Shown here: positions 49,374-59,879 of the stretch, piece after piece
How the letters are laid out: each line of letters starts with the position of its first letter
Numbering within the stretch: the first letter of the stretch is position 1
DNA from: Candidatus Hydrogenedentota bacterium
GTDB lineage: Bacteria; Hydrogenedentota; Hydrogenedentia; Hydrogenedentales; SLHB01
Assembly (NCBI GenBank): GCA_045863295.1
Contig: BTWA01000011.1
Coordinates: 90,626-154,625, forward strand
DNA length: 64,000 nucleotides
Direction: 5' to 3'
Notes under the pieces: generated by a model
Databases searched by the model: none
Seen by the model: only the letters and a program-made list of their open reading frames with translations
Told to the model about the DNA's origin: nothing
Position numbers and translations under genes: made by a program

Positions 49374-50345
49374 ATGAAGCGTATTGGCGTACTCACAAGC
49401 GGGGGCGATTCGCCGGGCATGAATGCCGCGGTGCGCGCGGTGGTTCGAACGGCGGCGGCCCACCAAGTAGACGTGTTCGGGATTGAACGCGGATATCAGG
49501 GAATGATGGAAGGCGCGATCACGCCCATGGGACCGCGCAGTGTGAGCGGTATCATCAACCGCGGAGGCACCATTCTTGGTACGGCGCGGTGTCAAGCGTT
49601 CTTCGATCCCGCTGGCCGTGCGGTAGCTGCGGAACAACTTCATAAGCATGGCATTGAGGGCCTTGTGGTGATAGGCGGCGACGGATCCTACCGGGGCGCT
49701 GCGGCGCTACATGCGGAACACGGCGTGGCCTGCATTGGGTTGCCCGGGACGATCGACAATGACATCGGCGGGACGGATTTTACGATTGGGTTCGACACGG
49801 CGCTGAATACGGCGTTGGGGGCAATCGATCGTTTGCGAGATACGGCGGAGTCGCACCAGCGATTGTTTTATGTAGAGGTCATGGGTCGCCACAACGGATT
49901 CCTTGCGATGATGAGCGGAATTGCCGGTGGCGCGGAGCATATCCTTGTGCCCGAAGAACCTGCGAATTTGGATCTGTTGATCAACCGGCTCCGGACCGAC
50001 CATGCGAAAGGCAAGAAATCAGCCATTGTCGTGGTCGCGGAAGGCGCGGAGCATGGTGACGCTTTCAGTTTGGCAAGAACCGTGGCGGAGCAATCGGAGT
50101 TTAAAGAGTATCGTGTCGCCGTTATTGGGCACTTGCAGCGAGGCGGCAGCCCCACGGCCTTTGACCGTCTGCTGGCGAGCCGGCTCGGTGTACGCGCGGT
50201 GGAAGCTTTGCTGGAGGGCCATTCGGGCATGATGGCGGGCATCCACGCCAATCAGGTTGTATTGCGGCCGTTCTCGGCAAGTTGGGACGAGCGATCGGCT
50301 TTTGACCCTTCGTTTCTCAATGTGGCCCGGATACTGGCTTCCTGA
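49374..50345 (+). CDS. pfkA: ATP-dependent 6-phosphofructokinase
   Basis: LTSGGDSPGMNAA, GGT.LGTAR, GGDGSY.G, PGTIDND, EVMGR, GHLQRGG. Confidence 0.98.
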   Translation: MKRIGVLTSGGDSPGMNAAVRAVVRTAAAHQVDVFGIERGYQGMMEGAITPMGPRSVSGIINRGGTILGTARCQAFFDPAGRAVAAEQLHKHGIEGLVVIGGDGSYRGAAALHAEHGVACIGLPGTIDNDIGGTDFTIGFDTALNTALGAIDRLRDTAESHQRLFYVEVMGRHNGFLAMMSGIAGGAEHILVPEEPANLDLLINRLRTDHAKGKKSAIVVVAEGAEHGDAFSLARTVAEQSEFKEYRVAVIGHLQRGGSPTAFDRLLASRLGVRAVEALLEGHSGMMAGIHANQVVLRPFSASWDERSAFDPSFLNVARILAS

Positions 50346-50367
50346 AACGGCGCACACCGGATTCCGT

Positions 50368-51180
50368 CTACCCCCTGGGCACCGTGCTGTGCTTTGCAAA
50401 TTCCCGGCGCGAAAGATATCCGCTTCGCAGCATGCGATAGACAAACATGGGATTGCCGAAAACATATCTGCGCCACAGCCGGAGCGGTTCGTGGCCCAGG
50501 CGGTAGAGCCACTGCAGACCGGATCGCCGCATAAAGGCGGGCGCTTCTTTCATAGCGCCGCCCAAGATGCAGATGGTGCCCGCGCCTATTCCCCACACGA
50601 TTGCATTGGGTTGGCGGGCGGCGGCGATCTCACAGATTCGTTCGGTCCGCGGCGTGCCCATTCCCACGAATATGAAGTCGACGGGATCCATAGTGCGGAA
50701 TATCTCGTCGTACTCGTCCTCCCGCAGAAAACCGGAATAGGTATTGACGATTCTGCAATGACTTGATGCCGCTTCAATTTCCTTCGCGGCCGCGGAAGCC
50801 ACCTCCGGCGTGACGCCGACCAGGATTCCGCGGCTCGGCCGAACGGTGGGCTTGGTGAAAAATGCGCGGAATGCCTCCGTCATATTGCATCGCTCGGTCA
50901 CACGCACGCCGCGAAAACGCGCCATCCATACCATGGACATGCCGTCAGCGGTGACTATGCGCGAGCGGTTTATGGTTTCACGCAGGCTTCGATCTTCGTA
51001 TGCGAGATTATAAATGTGCGCATTCACGCAAAGCAGCATTCTAGGCTGAGCGGTCCTGTTTTCAAGCAGGTACTCGACCTCTTCAACAAACTGATCGATC
51101 GTATGGGTGGAGCAGCGTATGCCGCCCAATTCGACATGGCCGGGCACGTGTCCAATCTCGTTGGATTCGGGAAGCCCCAT
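50368..51180 (-). CDS. WecB/TagA/CpsF-family glycosyltransferase (GT26)
   Basis: N.H, ADGMS.VW, VGMGTP..E, AP..M...GL.WLYRL..EP.RLWRRY. Confidence 0.93.
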   Translation of the reverse strand: MGLPESNEIGHVPGHVELGGIRCSTHTIDQFVEEVEYLLENRTAQPRMLLCVNAHIYNLAYEDRSLRETINRSRIVTADGMSMVWMARFRGVRVTERCNMTEAFRAFFTKPTVRPSRGILVGVTPEVASAAAKEIEAASSHCRIVNTYSGFLREDEYDEIFRTMDPVDFIFVGMGTPRTERICEIAAARQPNAIVWGIGAGTICILGGAMKEAPAFMRRSGLQWLYRLGHEPLRLWRRYVFGNPMFVYRMLRSGYLSRREFAKHSTVPRG

Positions 51181-52377
51181 TTATAGTGCTCCTGCTTCGA
51201 GAGTGTCCCGGGCTTCCTCCACGCGCTCCCCGGAAACCGCTGCGCGGTATACGCTCATGAGCCGTGTGTAATAGACACTCGAGGTAAACTCCGCCATTGC
51301 TTTTCGCCGTCCGTTGCGTCCCAGAGTCCTGCGCAGCGTGGCATCGCTCCATAGGCGAGTGATCTTATCGGCCAGGTCGACGGGGTTTCCGGCTTCGAAC
51401 AAAAAGCCAGTCACATTGTCTTTTACTACTTCGGGCAAACCGCCGCTCCGGGTTGCGATGACGGGCAGACCGAGCATCATGCCTTCCGCCGCAACCAAGC
51501 CGAATACTTCCCACCATGTACTGGGCACGACCAAAAACCGGGCATTTCGATAGAATCGATCCAAGGCCTCCCGATCCAGAAAGCCCACGCACGTTACGTT
51601 CGGTGGCAGGTCGATGCCATCCAATCCTTGAGGCGGACCACCCGCGACGCGCAATGGCACGCCGGTAATTCGGGCCGCCTCGATAAGCGTATCCAATCCT
51701 TTCTCTGGCGCTAGACGCCCAGCATATGCGGCGTACAAACCATTTCCGGGATCTGCCGCTTCGTTCTTTGTTTCCACCATGTTTCCCACCACAGTGAACC
51801 GGTCTGTCGGGTATCCGGCCTCCACCAGTTTGTCGCGCAAGAACTGGCTAGGGGTCATGAAATGAGAAACGTTGCTTCTGAACAGTTGGAAATAGTTGGC
51901 CACGGCGCTTCGCGCGGCATAGCCAATGCTTTCCATCCAATTCTCACGGCAGTTTTTCATCACACACCAATGGGTATATCCGCTTGCGCATTTCACGCAA
52001 CTGGATCCGTGAGTCACGTGCGTGGCGACGGGACAACTAAGTCTGAAATCGTGACACGTCATGACCACCGGTACCCCGGCATTGCGGCAGTCAACAAGCA
52101 CCCACGGCGAGTGGAACGGGTAGACTTCGTGCGCGTGGACTACATCGGGGCCGAAATCACGGATGATCGAGCGCATCTCGCGGCGCGCCATGGGGGATAC
52201 GATACCTCTCGCAAATGCCTCCGCCCGCCCCAGGATGCCTGCGTGGAATCCGCGGCTGTCGTGCTGCATAAGCAGGACATCGTGCCCTTCAGCCCGAAGG
52301 AGGTCGGCCGTGGATCGCGCCATGAAATCCGATCCGCCTCCGAATCGATGCCAATTAATGATTTGCACCACGCGCAT
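51181..52377 (-). CDS. GT4 glycosyltransferase with Cys-rich insert
   Basis: YAGRL.PEKG, PS.WWE.FGLV..E.M..G.PVIA...GGLPE; possible TTG start at 52395. Confidence 0.93.
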   Translation of the reverse strand: MRVVQIINWHRFGGGSDFMARSTADLLRAEGHDVLLMQHDSRGFHAGILGRAEAFARGIVSPMARREMRSIIRDFGPDVVHAHEVYPFHSPWVLVDCRNAGVPVVMTCHDFRLSCPVATHVTHGSSCVKCASGYTHWCVMKNCRENWMESIGYAARSAVANYFQLFRSNVSHFMTPSQFLRDKLVEAGYPTDRFTVVGNMVETKNEAADPGNGLYAAYAGRLAPEKGLDTLIEAARITGVPLRVAGGPPQGLDGIDLPPNVTCVGFLDREALDRFYRNARFLVVPSTWWEVFGLVAAEGMMLGLPVIATRSGGLPEVVKDNVTGFLFEAGNPVDLADKITRLWSDATLRRTLGRNGRRKAMAEFTSSVYYTRLMSVYRAAVSGERVEEARDTLEAGAL

Positions 52378-52397
52378 ACGCTGTCTAAACCCCAATC

Positions 52398-53393
52398 CTA
52401 TTGCGGTGATTTCGGAAACAGATTCCGTTCACTACGAAAATCGATTGCGAATGCGCCCTTGCCGGCTGCGTTTGAACGGGGAAGCGCTAACAACGCAGAC
52501 CGCCGCGCGTAGGCCAGTGCCCTGCATATCTGGCACCAACGCGCCAGAACAAACGCACGTTCCGACCTTATCGCCGCAAGCGCCATGGCGGGCATGTGCA
52601 ACGCGATGGCGTGCATGAGGCGCGCCATGGCAACTCCGATCGTATACATCACGCCCCACTCCCGGGCATCGCGAATGGCAAAACAATCGCCACCGCGAAT
52701 GGCAGACCAGATCAGGTACTGGCGCTTCATTCGATATTCCGGAACCATGTGCCGAACGAGCGACAACGGAGTGAACCAGCAGGCGCCGCCGGCTTTCCGT
52801 ACACGCGTAAAGAACTCCGTATCTTCTCCACCCTGCGTGAGTGATTCATCGAACACGCCCACATGATCAAAAAGGGTACGATCAATGAGAACGGTGCCTG
52901 TGCAGAGCAGGTCATTGCGGCCGCATTCGCGAGGAAACGGCTCCACCGGAATCTCGCCCAGATACAGCCTACTTATCCGGGGCATGGACTCCAGGACGCC
53001 CGTCTCAAGGTCGAGCGTTCGGGCCCCTCCGACACATGCTGCGCTCGTGGTTTTCATGGTCCGCCACAGTGCCGTGAGCCAAGCTGTGTGGGCAAATTGG
53101 TCATCGTCGAAAAAAGCGATGTAACGGCCGGAGGATGCGCAGATACCCGTGTTGCGCGCCGCGGCCACGCCGGTGCCCGCGCCCCTCACGACGCACATCG
53201 GCACCGGCGACCGGGCCTTCAAATCCTGGAGCGTGGCTTGGGTATCGTCCGTGGATCCATCATCCACCACGACAATCTCGTGAGCGTACAAGCCTTCCGT
53301 GTCGATGGCAAGTAGCGATTCAACCGACGGCCTAAGCATCTCGGCGCGGTTGTACGTGCAAACCACAACGCTTATGTCAACCGATCGATTCAT
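52398..53393 (-). CDS. GT2 glycosyltransferase
   Basis: SVVVCTYNR, VVDDGSTD, ARN.G, FFDDD, GED. Confidence 0.95.
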   Translation of the reverse strand: MNRSVDISVVVCTYNRAEMLRPSVESLLAIDTEGLYAHEIVVVDDGSTDDTQATLQDLKARSPVPMCVVRGAGTGVAAARNTGICASSGRYIAFFDDDQFAHTAWLTALWRTMKTTSAACVGGARTLDLETGVLESMPRISRLYLGEIPVEPFPRECGRNDLLCTGTVLIDRTLFDHVGVFDESLTQGGEDTEFFTRVRKAGGACWFTPLSLVRHMVPEYRMKRQYLIWSAIRGGDCFAIRDAREWGVMYTIGVAMARLMHAIALHMPAMALAAIRSERAFVLARWCQICRALAYARRSALLALPRSNAAGKGAFAIDFRSERNLFPKSPQ

Positions 53394-53426
53394 GTATCAT
53401 CCTGATTGCAACTGCATTGCCGGACG

Positions 53427-54806
53427 TCATCCAGCCGCGGCTTCCAGCCGGGGAGTCCATGCTTTTGAGTACGCCAATACGGGTTCGCGGCCAATCGAGT
53501 AGTAGTCAAAACCCATCATCCGCATCAGTTCCGTCGAATAGATGTTCCGGCCGTCAAATATGACCGGCGCATTCAACAGACTTTTGATGCGGTCATAGTC
53601 GGGGTTCTTGAAATAGGACCACTCGGTCACCAGGAGCAGGGCATCGGCCCCATCCAGAGCACTGTAGCTGTCTTCTACATAGATCAAGTTGTCGCCGCGC
53701 GGACCGAGATAGCGCTGGGCTTCTTTTGCCGCCTTGGGATCATAGACCTGAACGGTCGCGCCTGCCTTAAGCAAGGCATCGATAATTAACAAGGAGGGCG
53801 CTTCGCGGACGTCGTCCGTTTCCGGCTTGAACGACAGCCCCCACATGCCGAACGTCTTGCCCGCGATCTCGTGATCGTAGTAGGCGTATATTTTGTCCAG
53901 CAAGACGTGCTTCTGGTTTTTGTTCACCGCCTCGACGGCGTTCAGTATTTGCGGTTCGTAACCCGCGCTTTTTGCCGTGCTGACCATGGCCTGCACGTCC
54001 TTCGGAAAGCACGATCCGCCATATCCGATGCCCGGAAAGATGAACTGATAACCGATCCTGTGGTCCGCGCCAATACCGTTTCTAACGTGTTCGACATCCG
54101 CACCCACGCGCTCGCAAATGGTGGCCACTTCGTTGATGAACGAAATCTTCATGGCGAGCATGGCGTTGGCCGCATACTTGGTCATTTCCGATGAGGTGGT
54201 ATCCATACAAAACAACGGATGGCCATCGCGTATGAAGCTCGCGTATAGCTCCTTCATCAGCGCGGCGGTTCGTGGATCGCTGCACCCGATCACGATTCGA
54301 TCTGGATTCATGAAATCGTCGATGGCGCATCCCTCGCGAAGAAACTCCGGATTGGAGACAACATCGAAGTCATACCACACTTTCTTCTTGCGCAGCGCGC
54401 CTTCCACGGCGCGATATACTTTTCCGGCGGTTCCTACGGGGACGGTGGATTTGTTCACGATGATTTTGTATCCATTGATGTGTTCCCCTATGGATTCAGC
54501 AGCCGCCAAAACATATTTCAAATCAGCGGTGCCGTCTTCGAGGGGCGGGGTCCCCACCGCGATAAATACGAAAAGCGATTTCTCGACGGCCGATCGAATG
54601 TCCGTGGTGAACGTAAGCCGTCCCTGTTCGATATTGGTTTTTACCATCTCGTCCAGCCCGGGTTCGTAAATGGGCACTTCGCCCGAATTCAACGCGGCAA
54701 TCTTCTCCGCGTTGATGTCCACACAGGTCACTTCGTGTCCCACTTCGCTGAAGCAGGTCCCTGTAACAAGACCGACGTAACCAGTTCCAATGACGGCAAT
54801 GCGCAT
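53427..54806 (-). CDS. ugd: UDP-glucose 6-dehydrogenase
   Basis: GTGYVGL, KSTVPVGT, SNPEFLREG, KYAAN, GYGGSCFPKD, FKPETDD.RE, FDGRN. Confidence 0.97.
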   Translation of the reverse strand: MRIAVIGTGYVGLVTGTCFSEVGHEVTCVDINAEKIAALNSGEVPIYEPGLDEMVKTNIEQGRLTFTTDIRSAVEKSLFVFIAVGTPPLEDGTADLKYVLAAAESIGEHINGYKIIVNKSTVPVGTAGKVYRAVEGALRKKKVWYDFDVVSNPEFLREGCAIDDFMNPDRIVIGCSDPRTAALMKELYASFIRDGHPLFCMDTTSSEMTKYAANAMLAMKISFINEVATICERVGADVEHVRNGIGADHRIGYQFIFPGIGYGGSCFPKDVQAMVSTAKSAGYEPQILNAVEAVNKNQKHVLLDKIYAYYDHEIAGKTFGMWGLSFKPETDDVREAPSLLIIDALLKAGATVQVYDPKAAKEAQRYLGPRGDNLIYVEDSYSALDGADALLLVTEWSYFKNPDYDRIKSLLNAPVIFDGRNIYSTELMRMMGFDYYSIGREPVLAYSKAWTPRLEAAAG

Positions 54807-54821
54807 AACGGTTCTCCTTGT

Positions 54822-56114
54822 TTATGATCGCCCGGCTTCGGCGCTTCGGACCCGTTGATCCAACACAGGGGGCACGGGCCGCTTTTGAAAATGCAAAGGC
54901 CCCAATCGGCCCTCAATCAGATCGTAGTACCAGTCTTCCAATGCGACGATGAGCTTGTCCCATGCAAAGTTTTCGCGCGCGATGGTGCGGCCAATCTCGC
55001 CTGCTTTTCCCGACAGGACAGGGTCATGAAGAAACATCCACGCGCGGTCCGCCATGTCCTTTGGATCTTCACTGGCCAGTGCGCCAATGGGATACTGTTC
55101 AAACAGATGCTTTACTTCGCCGACCGGGTTGGACACGATTGGCCTTCCGATGCACATGTAATCGCCCACTTTGTTGGGCCATCGTCCGATGTTGCTGACT
55201 TTGTTTGTATAGGGCATGAGAAAGACGTCCGCCGCGGCAAGCGACTCGGCGAGCTTGGCGTACGGAATCGGGCCAAGCGCCTTCACGTTGGCCATCGCCT
55301 CGGGACGGATTAGCCGGTTCTTCGCGTCCTGTTCTGTCGGTCCAACCAACAGCAATACGGTTCTCGGATCGCGTTCCAGCAGCAATTCGAACGCGCGAAC
55401 CGCGACGGTCAGGTCGATGAGAACGTCCAATCCGGAAAAGCAGACCACGGGCACATCCGCGGGAATGCCCAGCTTTTCGCGGCTCTCCGCCTTTTCAGGC
55501 ACGTGGGCAAACGCGCGCACATTGGCGCCGCCGGGAATGAACAAACACCGCTCGCCGGGCACGCCCAATCCCTTGCCGCGCTCCAGCAGCGCGTGGCTGA
55601 TCGCCGTGAGTCCGTCGAGCTTGTTGCGGTAGTATTCCTCGAAGAATACTTCCACCCAACTGAAAAATGCCCGATACCACCACGGCCTTCGCTCCTTGAT
55701 CAAACCGCCCCGGCCCCACCAGTCGATCCAATCGCTGACAATGGGAATTCCCTTCGCTTTCGCATATGCGATGGACGGCCAGATCACCGCCAGCCGGGTG
55801 TCCAGGCAGTGAATGATGTCGTAGTCCTTTGCTTCCCGCGTAAGGAAGAGTCTGCGCCGTATTGCACACACGGGATCCCATCCCTGTCGCAGTGCTCCAA
55901 AGAGCAGGTCGGGACTTTCGATGATCCTGAATCCATCCGTGTGTTCAATGGTTGTCCGCCACCGTTCGGTATTCGCGTGGCACATCACGTCAACGTCGTG
56001 TCCGCGCGCGGCCAACTCGCGCGCCCACGGGTGGGCGCGAAAATTGATTTTGAATCTGCGGTGGTTGGAGACCAAGAGGATCCGCAACGGCCTGCGTGGT
56101 TGATCTCTGTTCAT
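54822..56114 (-). CDS. GT4 glycosyltransferase
   Basis: [28 protein letters not shown]....G. Confidence 0.88.
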   Translation of the reverse strand: MNRDQPRRPLRILLVSNHRRFKINFRAHPWARELAARGHDVDVMCHANTERWRTTIEHTDGFRIIESPDLLFGALRQGWDPVCAIRRRLFLTREAKDYDIIHCLDTRLAVIWPSIAYAKAKGIPIVSDWIDWWGRGGLIKERRPWWYRAFFSWVEVFFEEYYRNKLDGLTAISHALLERGKGLGVPGERCLFIPGGANVRAFAHVPEKAESREKLGIPADVPVVCFSGLDVLIDLTVAVRAFELLLERDPRTVLLLVGPTEQDAKNRLIRPEAMANVKALGPIPYAKLAESLAAADVFLMPYTNKVSNIGRWPNKVGDYMCIGRPIVSNPVGEVKHLFEQYPIGALASEDPKDMADRAWMFLHDPVLSGKAGEIGRTIARENFAWDKLIVALEDWYYDLIEGRLGPLHFQKRPVPPVLDQRVRSAEAGRS

Positions 56115-57184
56115 GCCGTGGCTGCCTCGGTCCGGTCAACCGTGGCTTCGTAGACTTCTCTTAAAATGGCGGGCACGTCGTAGGTGATTTTCCAATCCGG
56201 ATAGTGGGACTCAAATTTTTGAAGTCCGGACACCCACCAGATGTGATCGCCGACGCGATTGTCGTCCACGTACACCGTGTCCATGGGCTTGTCGCAAATC
56301 GATTCGCACAGCGCAATGGCTTCCTGCATGGAGCAGTTGCTGTAGCGGCCGCCGCCAATATTGTAGACCTCCGCCACGCGCGGGTTTTTGTAAAATGCGT
56401 TGAACGCTTGAATCAGATCGAAGCTGTGAATGTTATCCCGCACCTGTTTTCCTTTATAGCCGAATATCCGGTAGGTGCGTCCAATCACACAGCACTTCAT
56501 CAGGTATGCGAGAAAGCCGTGCAATTCCGCGCCGGAATGGCCGGGACCGGTGAGGCAGCCTCCGCGGAAGCAGGCCGTCTTCATGTTGAAGTAACGGCCA
56601 TACTCCTGAACCATCACGTCCGCGGACACCTTCGATGCTCCGAAGACGGAATGCGTGCATTGGTCTATGGACATGGTTTCCGTGATGCCGCCCGCGTATT
56701 CATGTCCTTCCGCAATCTCAAAGCGGCTGTCCAATTCGCGCAGGGGCAGGTAGTTGGGCGTATCCCCGTATACCTTGTTGGTCGAAGTAAAGATAAAAAC
56801 CGCCTCAGGGCAGAACTGCCGCGTGCATTCCAGTAAATTGATCGTGCCGCACGCGTTTACGCCGAAGTCAACCAACGGCGCACGCGCGGCCCAGTCGTGC
56901 GACGGTTGCGCGGCCGTATGCACGACCAACTTGATGTCAGCCCCAAACTCACGATAGATGTTCGCCATGGCCTCGTAGTCGCGAATGTCCGCGACATAGT
57001 GTGAGTAGGCTTCCAGATTGTTCGTCAGTTGCTCGACCGCCCATGCGGTGGAGGCCTCTTCGCCAAAGAACTCCTTGCGCATATTGTTGTCGATGCCCAC
57101 AATGTGGAATCCTTGGCGGCTGAAGAATCGCGCGGCTTCCGCGCCAATCAACCCGCCGGATCCGGTTATCACCGCAACGTTCAT
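56111..57184 (-). CDS. NAD-dependent epimerase/dehydratase (CDP-tyvelose 2-epimerase-like)
   Basis: GSGGLIG, H.AAQPSH, STNKVYG, S.FGASK, GKQVRD; AGGAGG RBS. Confidence 0.88.
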   Translation of the reverse strand: MNVAVITGSGGLIGAEAARFFSRQGFHIVGIDNNMRKEFFGEEASTAWAVEQLTNNLEAYSHYVADIRDYEAMANIYREFGADIKLVVHTAAQPSHDWAARAPLVDFGVNACGTINLLECTRQFCPEAVFIFTSTNKVYGDTPNYLPLRELDSRFEIAEGHEYAGGITETMSIDQCTHSVFGASKVSADVMVQEYGRYFNMKTACFRGGCLTGPGHSGAELHGFLAYLMKCCVIGRTYRIFGYKGKQVRDNIHSFDLIQAFNAFYKNPRVAEVYNIGGGRYSNCSMQEAIALCESICDKPMDTVYVDDNRVGDHIWWVSGLQKFESHYPDWKITYDVPAILREVYEATVDRTEAATA

Positions 57185-57235
57185 TGGATCAATCCTCCTC
57201 ACACACGCCTGCCCCCACGGCAGGGACTTCAGTGT

Positions 57236-58435
57236 CTATGCGATGCGTGCGGCCGCCGGGGCCGGCACGCGGGTAGGCTTGCCACCATTCAACACGTGCT
57301 CGTACACGCCCATGATTCGAGCGTAATACACCTCGCGGACGTACTCGCGCCTTACCTTCTCCCGCCCTTCCATTCCCATCGCTCGGCACTGCCCAGGGCT
57401 TTCCCAAAGAGTCTCGATATGGCGCGCGAGCGCACCGGCGTCACCGGGGTTAAATAGATACCCTGTGCGGGCATCGTCCACGATTTCCGGCAGGGCGCCC
57501 ATGCGCGTGGCAATCACGGGAATGCCATGCGCCATGGCTTCCGCCGCGACCAGGCCAAATGCTTCCATCCATACGCTGGGAACAACGCATACCCGCGACC
57601 GCGCATAGAATTGCGCTAACTCCTGCTTGCCTATTTGTCCGAGAAACTCCACGTTTGCGGGCGCCGACTTGCGAAGCGGTTCCAACAGCGGACCCTCGCC
57701 AGCAATCTTGAACGGTATCCCCGGTAACAACCGCGCCGCCTCGATAAGCGTGTTCACGCCTTTTTCCTCGCTCAACCTCGCGGCCAAACCAATGTAGGTT
57801 CCCCGTGATGCGTCTGCCGCGGCGTCGGGAAGCGGCACGGTGTTCGGCACTACTCGAATGCGTTCCAGAGGAATTCCGGCGGCCATCAAGCGCTGTTTCA
57901 CGCACTCGCTCGGCGGCACAAACATGGCCACCGTGTCCAGAATCAGTCGCGACCAGCGGACGATTGCGCTGCGCGCGGCCATGGCCGCGCTTTCCACCCA
58001 GTTGCCCCGGCAATTTGTAATGGCGCACCAGTACTCCCGCCCGCCGTTGCACAGATCACAAGGCTTGCCTTCCCGAAGGTGGATCCCTGTGGGGCAGACG
58101 AGGCGATAGTTGGGGCATCGCATTACCACGGGAATCCCGGCGGACCTGCACGCAGCCATTGCCGATGGCGAAATGAGCGGGTAGAGGTTGTGCACATGGG
58201 CGAGTTGGGGACGTTCGCGGTGAATCAGTTCCACCACGGCGGCCTTGGATGCGGGTGAATATATGCCCGAGAGTGATGCGCGCACTTTTCCAACGGCCCC
58301 TTCAATGGAGTCGCTGCGCCGTTCAAATGTAAGTACATCATGGCCGTGGTCGCGCAGCATGCCGCAAACGTGCTCGAACATGTTGTCTTCACCGCCGCGA
58401 AAGCGGTAGTAATTGTGTATCTGGAGCACTCTCAT
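57236..58435 (-). CDS. GT4 glycosyltransferase with Cys-rich insert
   Basis: HN.Y...GGED, HVHNLYP, RLS.EKG, PS.W.E.FG....EAMA.G.PVI. Confidence 0.93.
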   Translation of the reverse strand: MRVLQIHNYYRFRGGEDNMFEHVCGMLRDHGHDVLTFERRSDSIEGAVGKVRASLSGIYSPASKAAVVELIHRERPQLAHVHNLYPLISPSAMAACRSAGIPVVMRCPNYRLVCPTGIHLREGKPCDLCNGGREYWCAITNCRGNWVESAAMAARSAIVRWSRLILDTVAMFVPPSECVKQRLMAAGIPLERIRVVPNTVPLPDAAADASRGTYIGLAARLSEEKGVNTLIEAARLLPGIPFKIAGEGPLLEPLRKSAPANVEFLGQIGKQELAQFYARSRVCVVPSVWMEAFGLVAAEAMAHGIPVIATRMGALPEIVDDARTGYLFNPGDAGALARHIETLWESPGQCRAMGMEGREKVRREYVREVYYARIMGVYEHVLNGGKPTRVPAPAAARIA

Positions 58436-58481
58436 GCTCCCGGCTCCGCGGTCGTCACTCCGGTAATGAACGATCTATCAC

Positions 58482-59879
58482 TCATAGCGGGTGCCGTCCG
58501 TTTGCATGTGCGCCTGCTTGGCGAAGAGACCGTATCGGAGGCGCACTGAAACGGTTTTGGTTCGCGGCGCGGCTGTGCTGTAACGCTTCGCCTGACGGCA
58601 TCTGAAAGGCAACAAACGCCAAGGTAACGAACTGAACAAAGGTCTGCATGGTTGGAACCAGCAATGTCGACTCCGCAAGCCCCCCCACGATACCCAGCAG
58701 CAGGAGGCTGCCGAGAAAGGCATAACGAGTGTCGCCCGTGGCGCGCGCATAGGTAATCGTCCGGACAAAGCCCAGAATCTGAATCATCGCATACGAGGTG
58801 ACGCCAACAATTCCGAGGCCGAGCAATACCTCCAGAAATACCGAATGACATTCGGCTATGGGCCAGTCCTGGTGGGCCGAGATATCCCGGATACGGTCAA
58901 CGGTGAAGAAACTGCCATAGCCATAGCCCTGAATGGGACGTTCCGCGGCATATTCCAAAAGATGCTGCCAAAGCGGCAGGCGGCCAGTCAGGGTCATCGC
59001 ACCGGAAACATCCTGGTCGGTGCGTCCGAGCAATATGGCGTTGGAAAGATACGACGATACCGTGTCGCTCGCGAGCAAAAGAACGGAGAATACTGCCGTC
59101 ATCAGCAGGCTCATGGCAAATGCGAAATGTCTGGAATGCCCGAAGGTGACTACCACGAACAGGGATAGCGCCACCAGAAAGCTGATCAACGACGTGCGCG
59201 ATTTCGTGAGCAGCAGGAATGCCAGTGCCAACCCCACCATGGCGGCAAAAAACAATTTGTACTTCTTCTCTGTCAGCGCCGCCGTGATCCCGGAGAGCAG
59301 GATGAGTGAGCAGTTGACTCCCTGGTTGTTCGGATGAATCGTCCCTGAAAACCGATAGCGATCCAAAGTCGGTCTGAAGGTGCCCAATGCGAGTTCGGAT
59401 GCAATTCCTATCAGAAGATAGGCAAGCGAACTGAAAAATACGAATAGAACAAGCTCGCGCAGGGATAGCCGCGTGACGACCGCCAAGGCGCCCACGGCCA
59501 GAGTCGCGATTACAATGAGCCGCCGGCCCGTGAGCGCCGGTTGGTCCGCCCACAAGATGCTCAGCGATATCCAGCACATGAAGAAGGCGATGAGCATGGC
59601 CAGGCCGCCATTCATAATCAGCGGCCGGCGATTTGTGCTGAGTAAAATGAGCGTGCCAATTCCGCCAACCATCAAGAAGCCTATCTGTCGCTTGGCGTTT
59701 CCCTCGGACGCGTGTTTCTCAAGCGTGTCTTCGGTCGGCAAATAGTCCTCGCCAATGCTGTATGACCGCATGGGATCGTGGAGCGCAATGAAAAAGGCAA
59801 TGGTAAGCAGCATCAACACGAGCCACGGCAAGGGCCTCTCGGTCTGCGCAATTGATGGAAATGGCACTATGGAATTCAT
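58482..59879 (-). CDS. O-antigen ligase / Wzy-type polymerase family membrane protein
   Basis: About 12 TM; G..HPN..G, T.SRTS, LTGR..LW, P..GYGY, H...LE....LG.VG. Confidence 0.88.
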   Translation of the reverse strand: MNSIVPFPSIAQTERPLPWLVLMLLTIAFFIALHDPMRSYSIGEDYLPTEDTLEKHASEGNAKRQIGFLMVGGIGTLILLSTNRRPLIMNGGLAMLIAFFMCWISLSILWADQPALTGRRLIVIATLAVGALAVVTRLSLRELVLFVFFSSLAYLLIGIASELALGTFRPTLDRYRFSGTIHPNNQGVNCSLILLSGITAALTEKKYKLFFAAMVGLALAFLLLTKSRTSLISFLVALSLFVVVTFGHSRHFAFAMSLLMTAVFSVLLLASDTVSSYLSNAILLGRTDQDVSGAMTLTGRLPLWQHLLEYAAERPIQGYGYGSFFTVDRIRDISAHQDWPIAECHSVFLEVLLGLGIVGVTSYAMIQILGFVRTITYARATGDTRYAFLGSLLLLGIVGGLAESTLLVPTMQTFVQFVTLAFVAFQMPSGEALQHSRAANQNRFSAPPIRSLRQAGAHANGRHPL

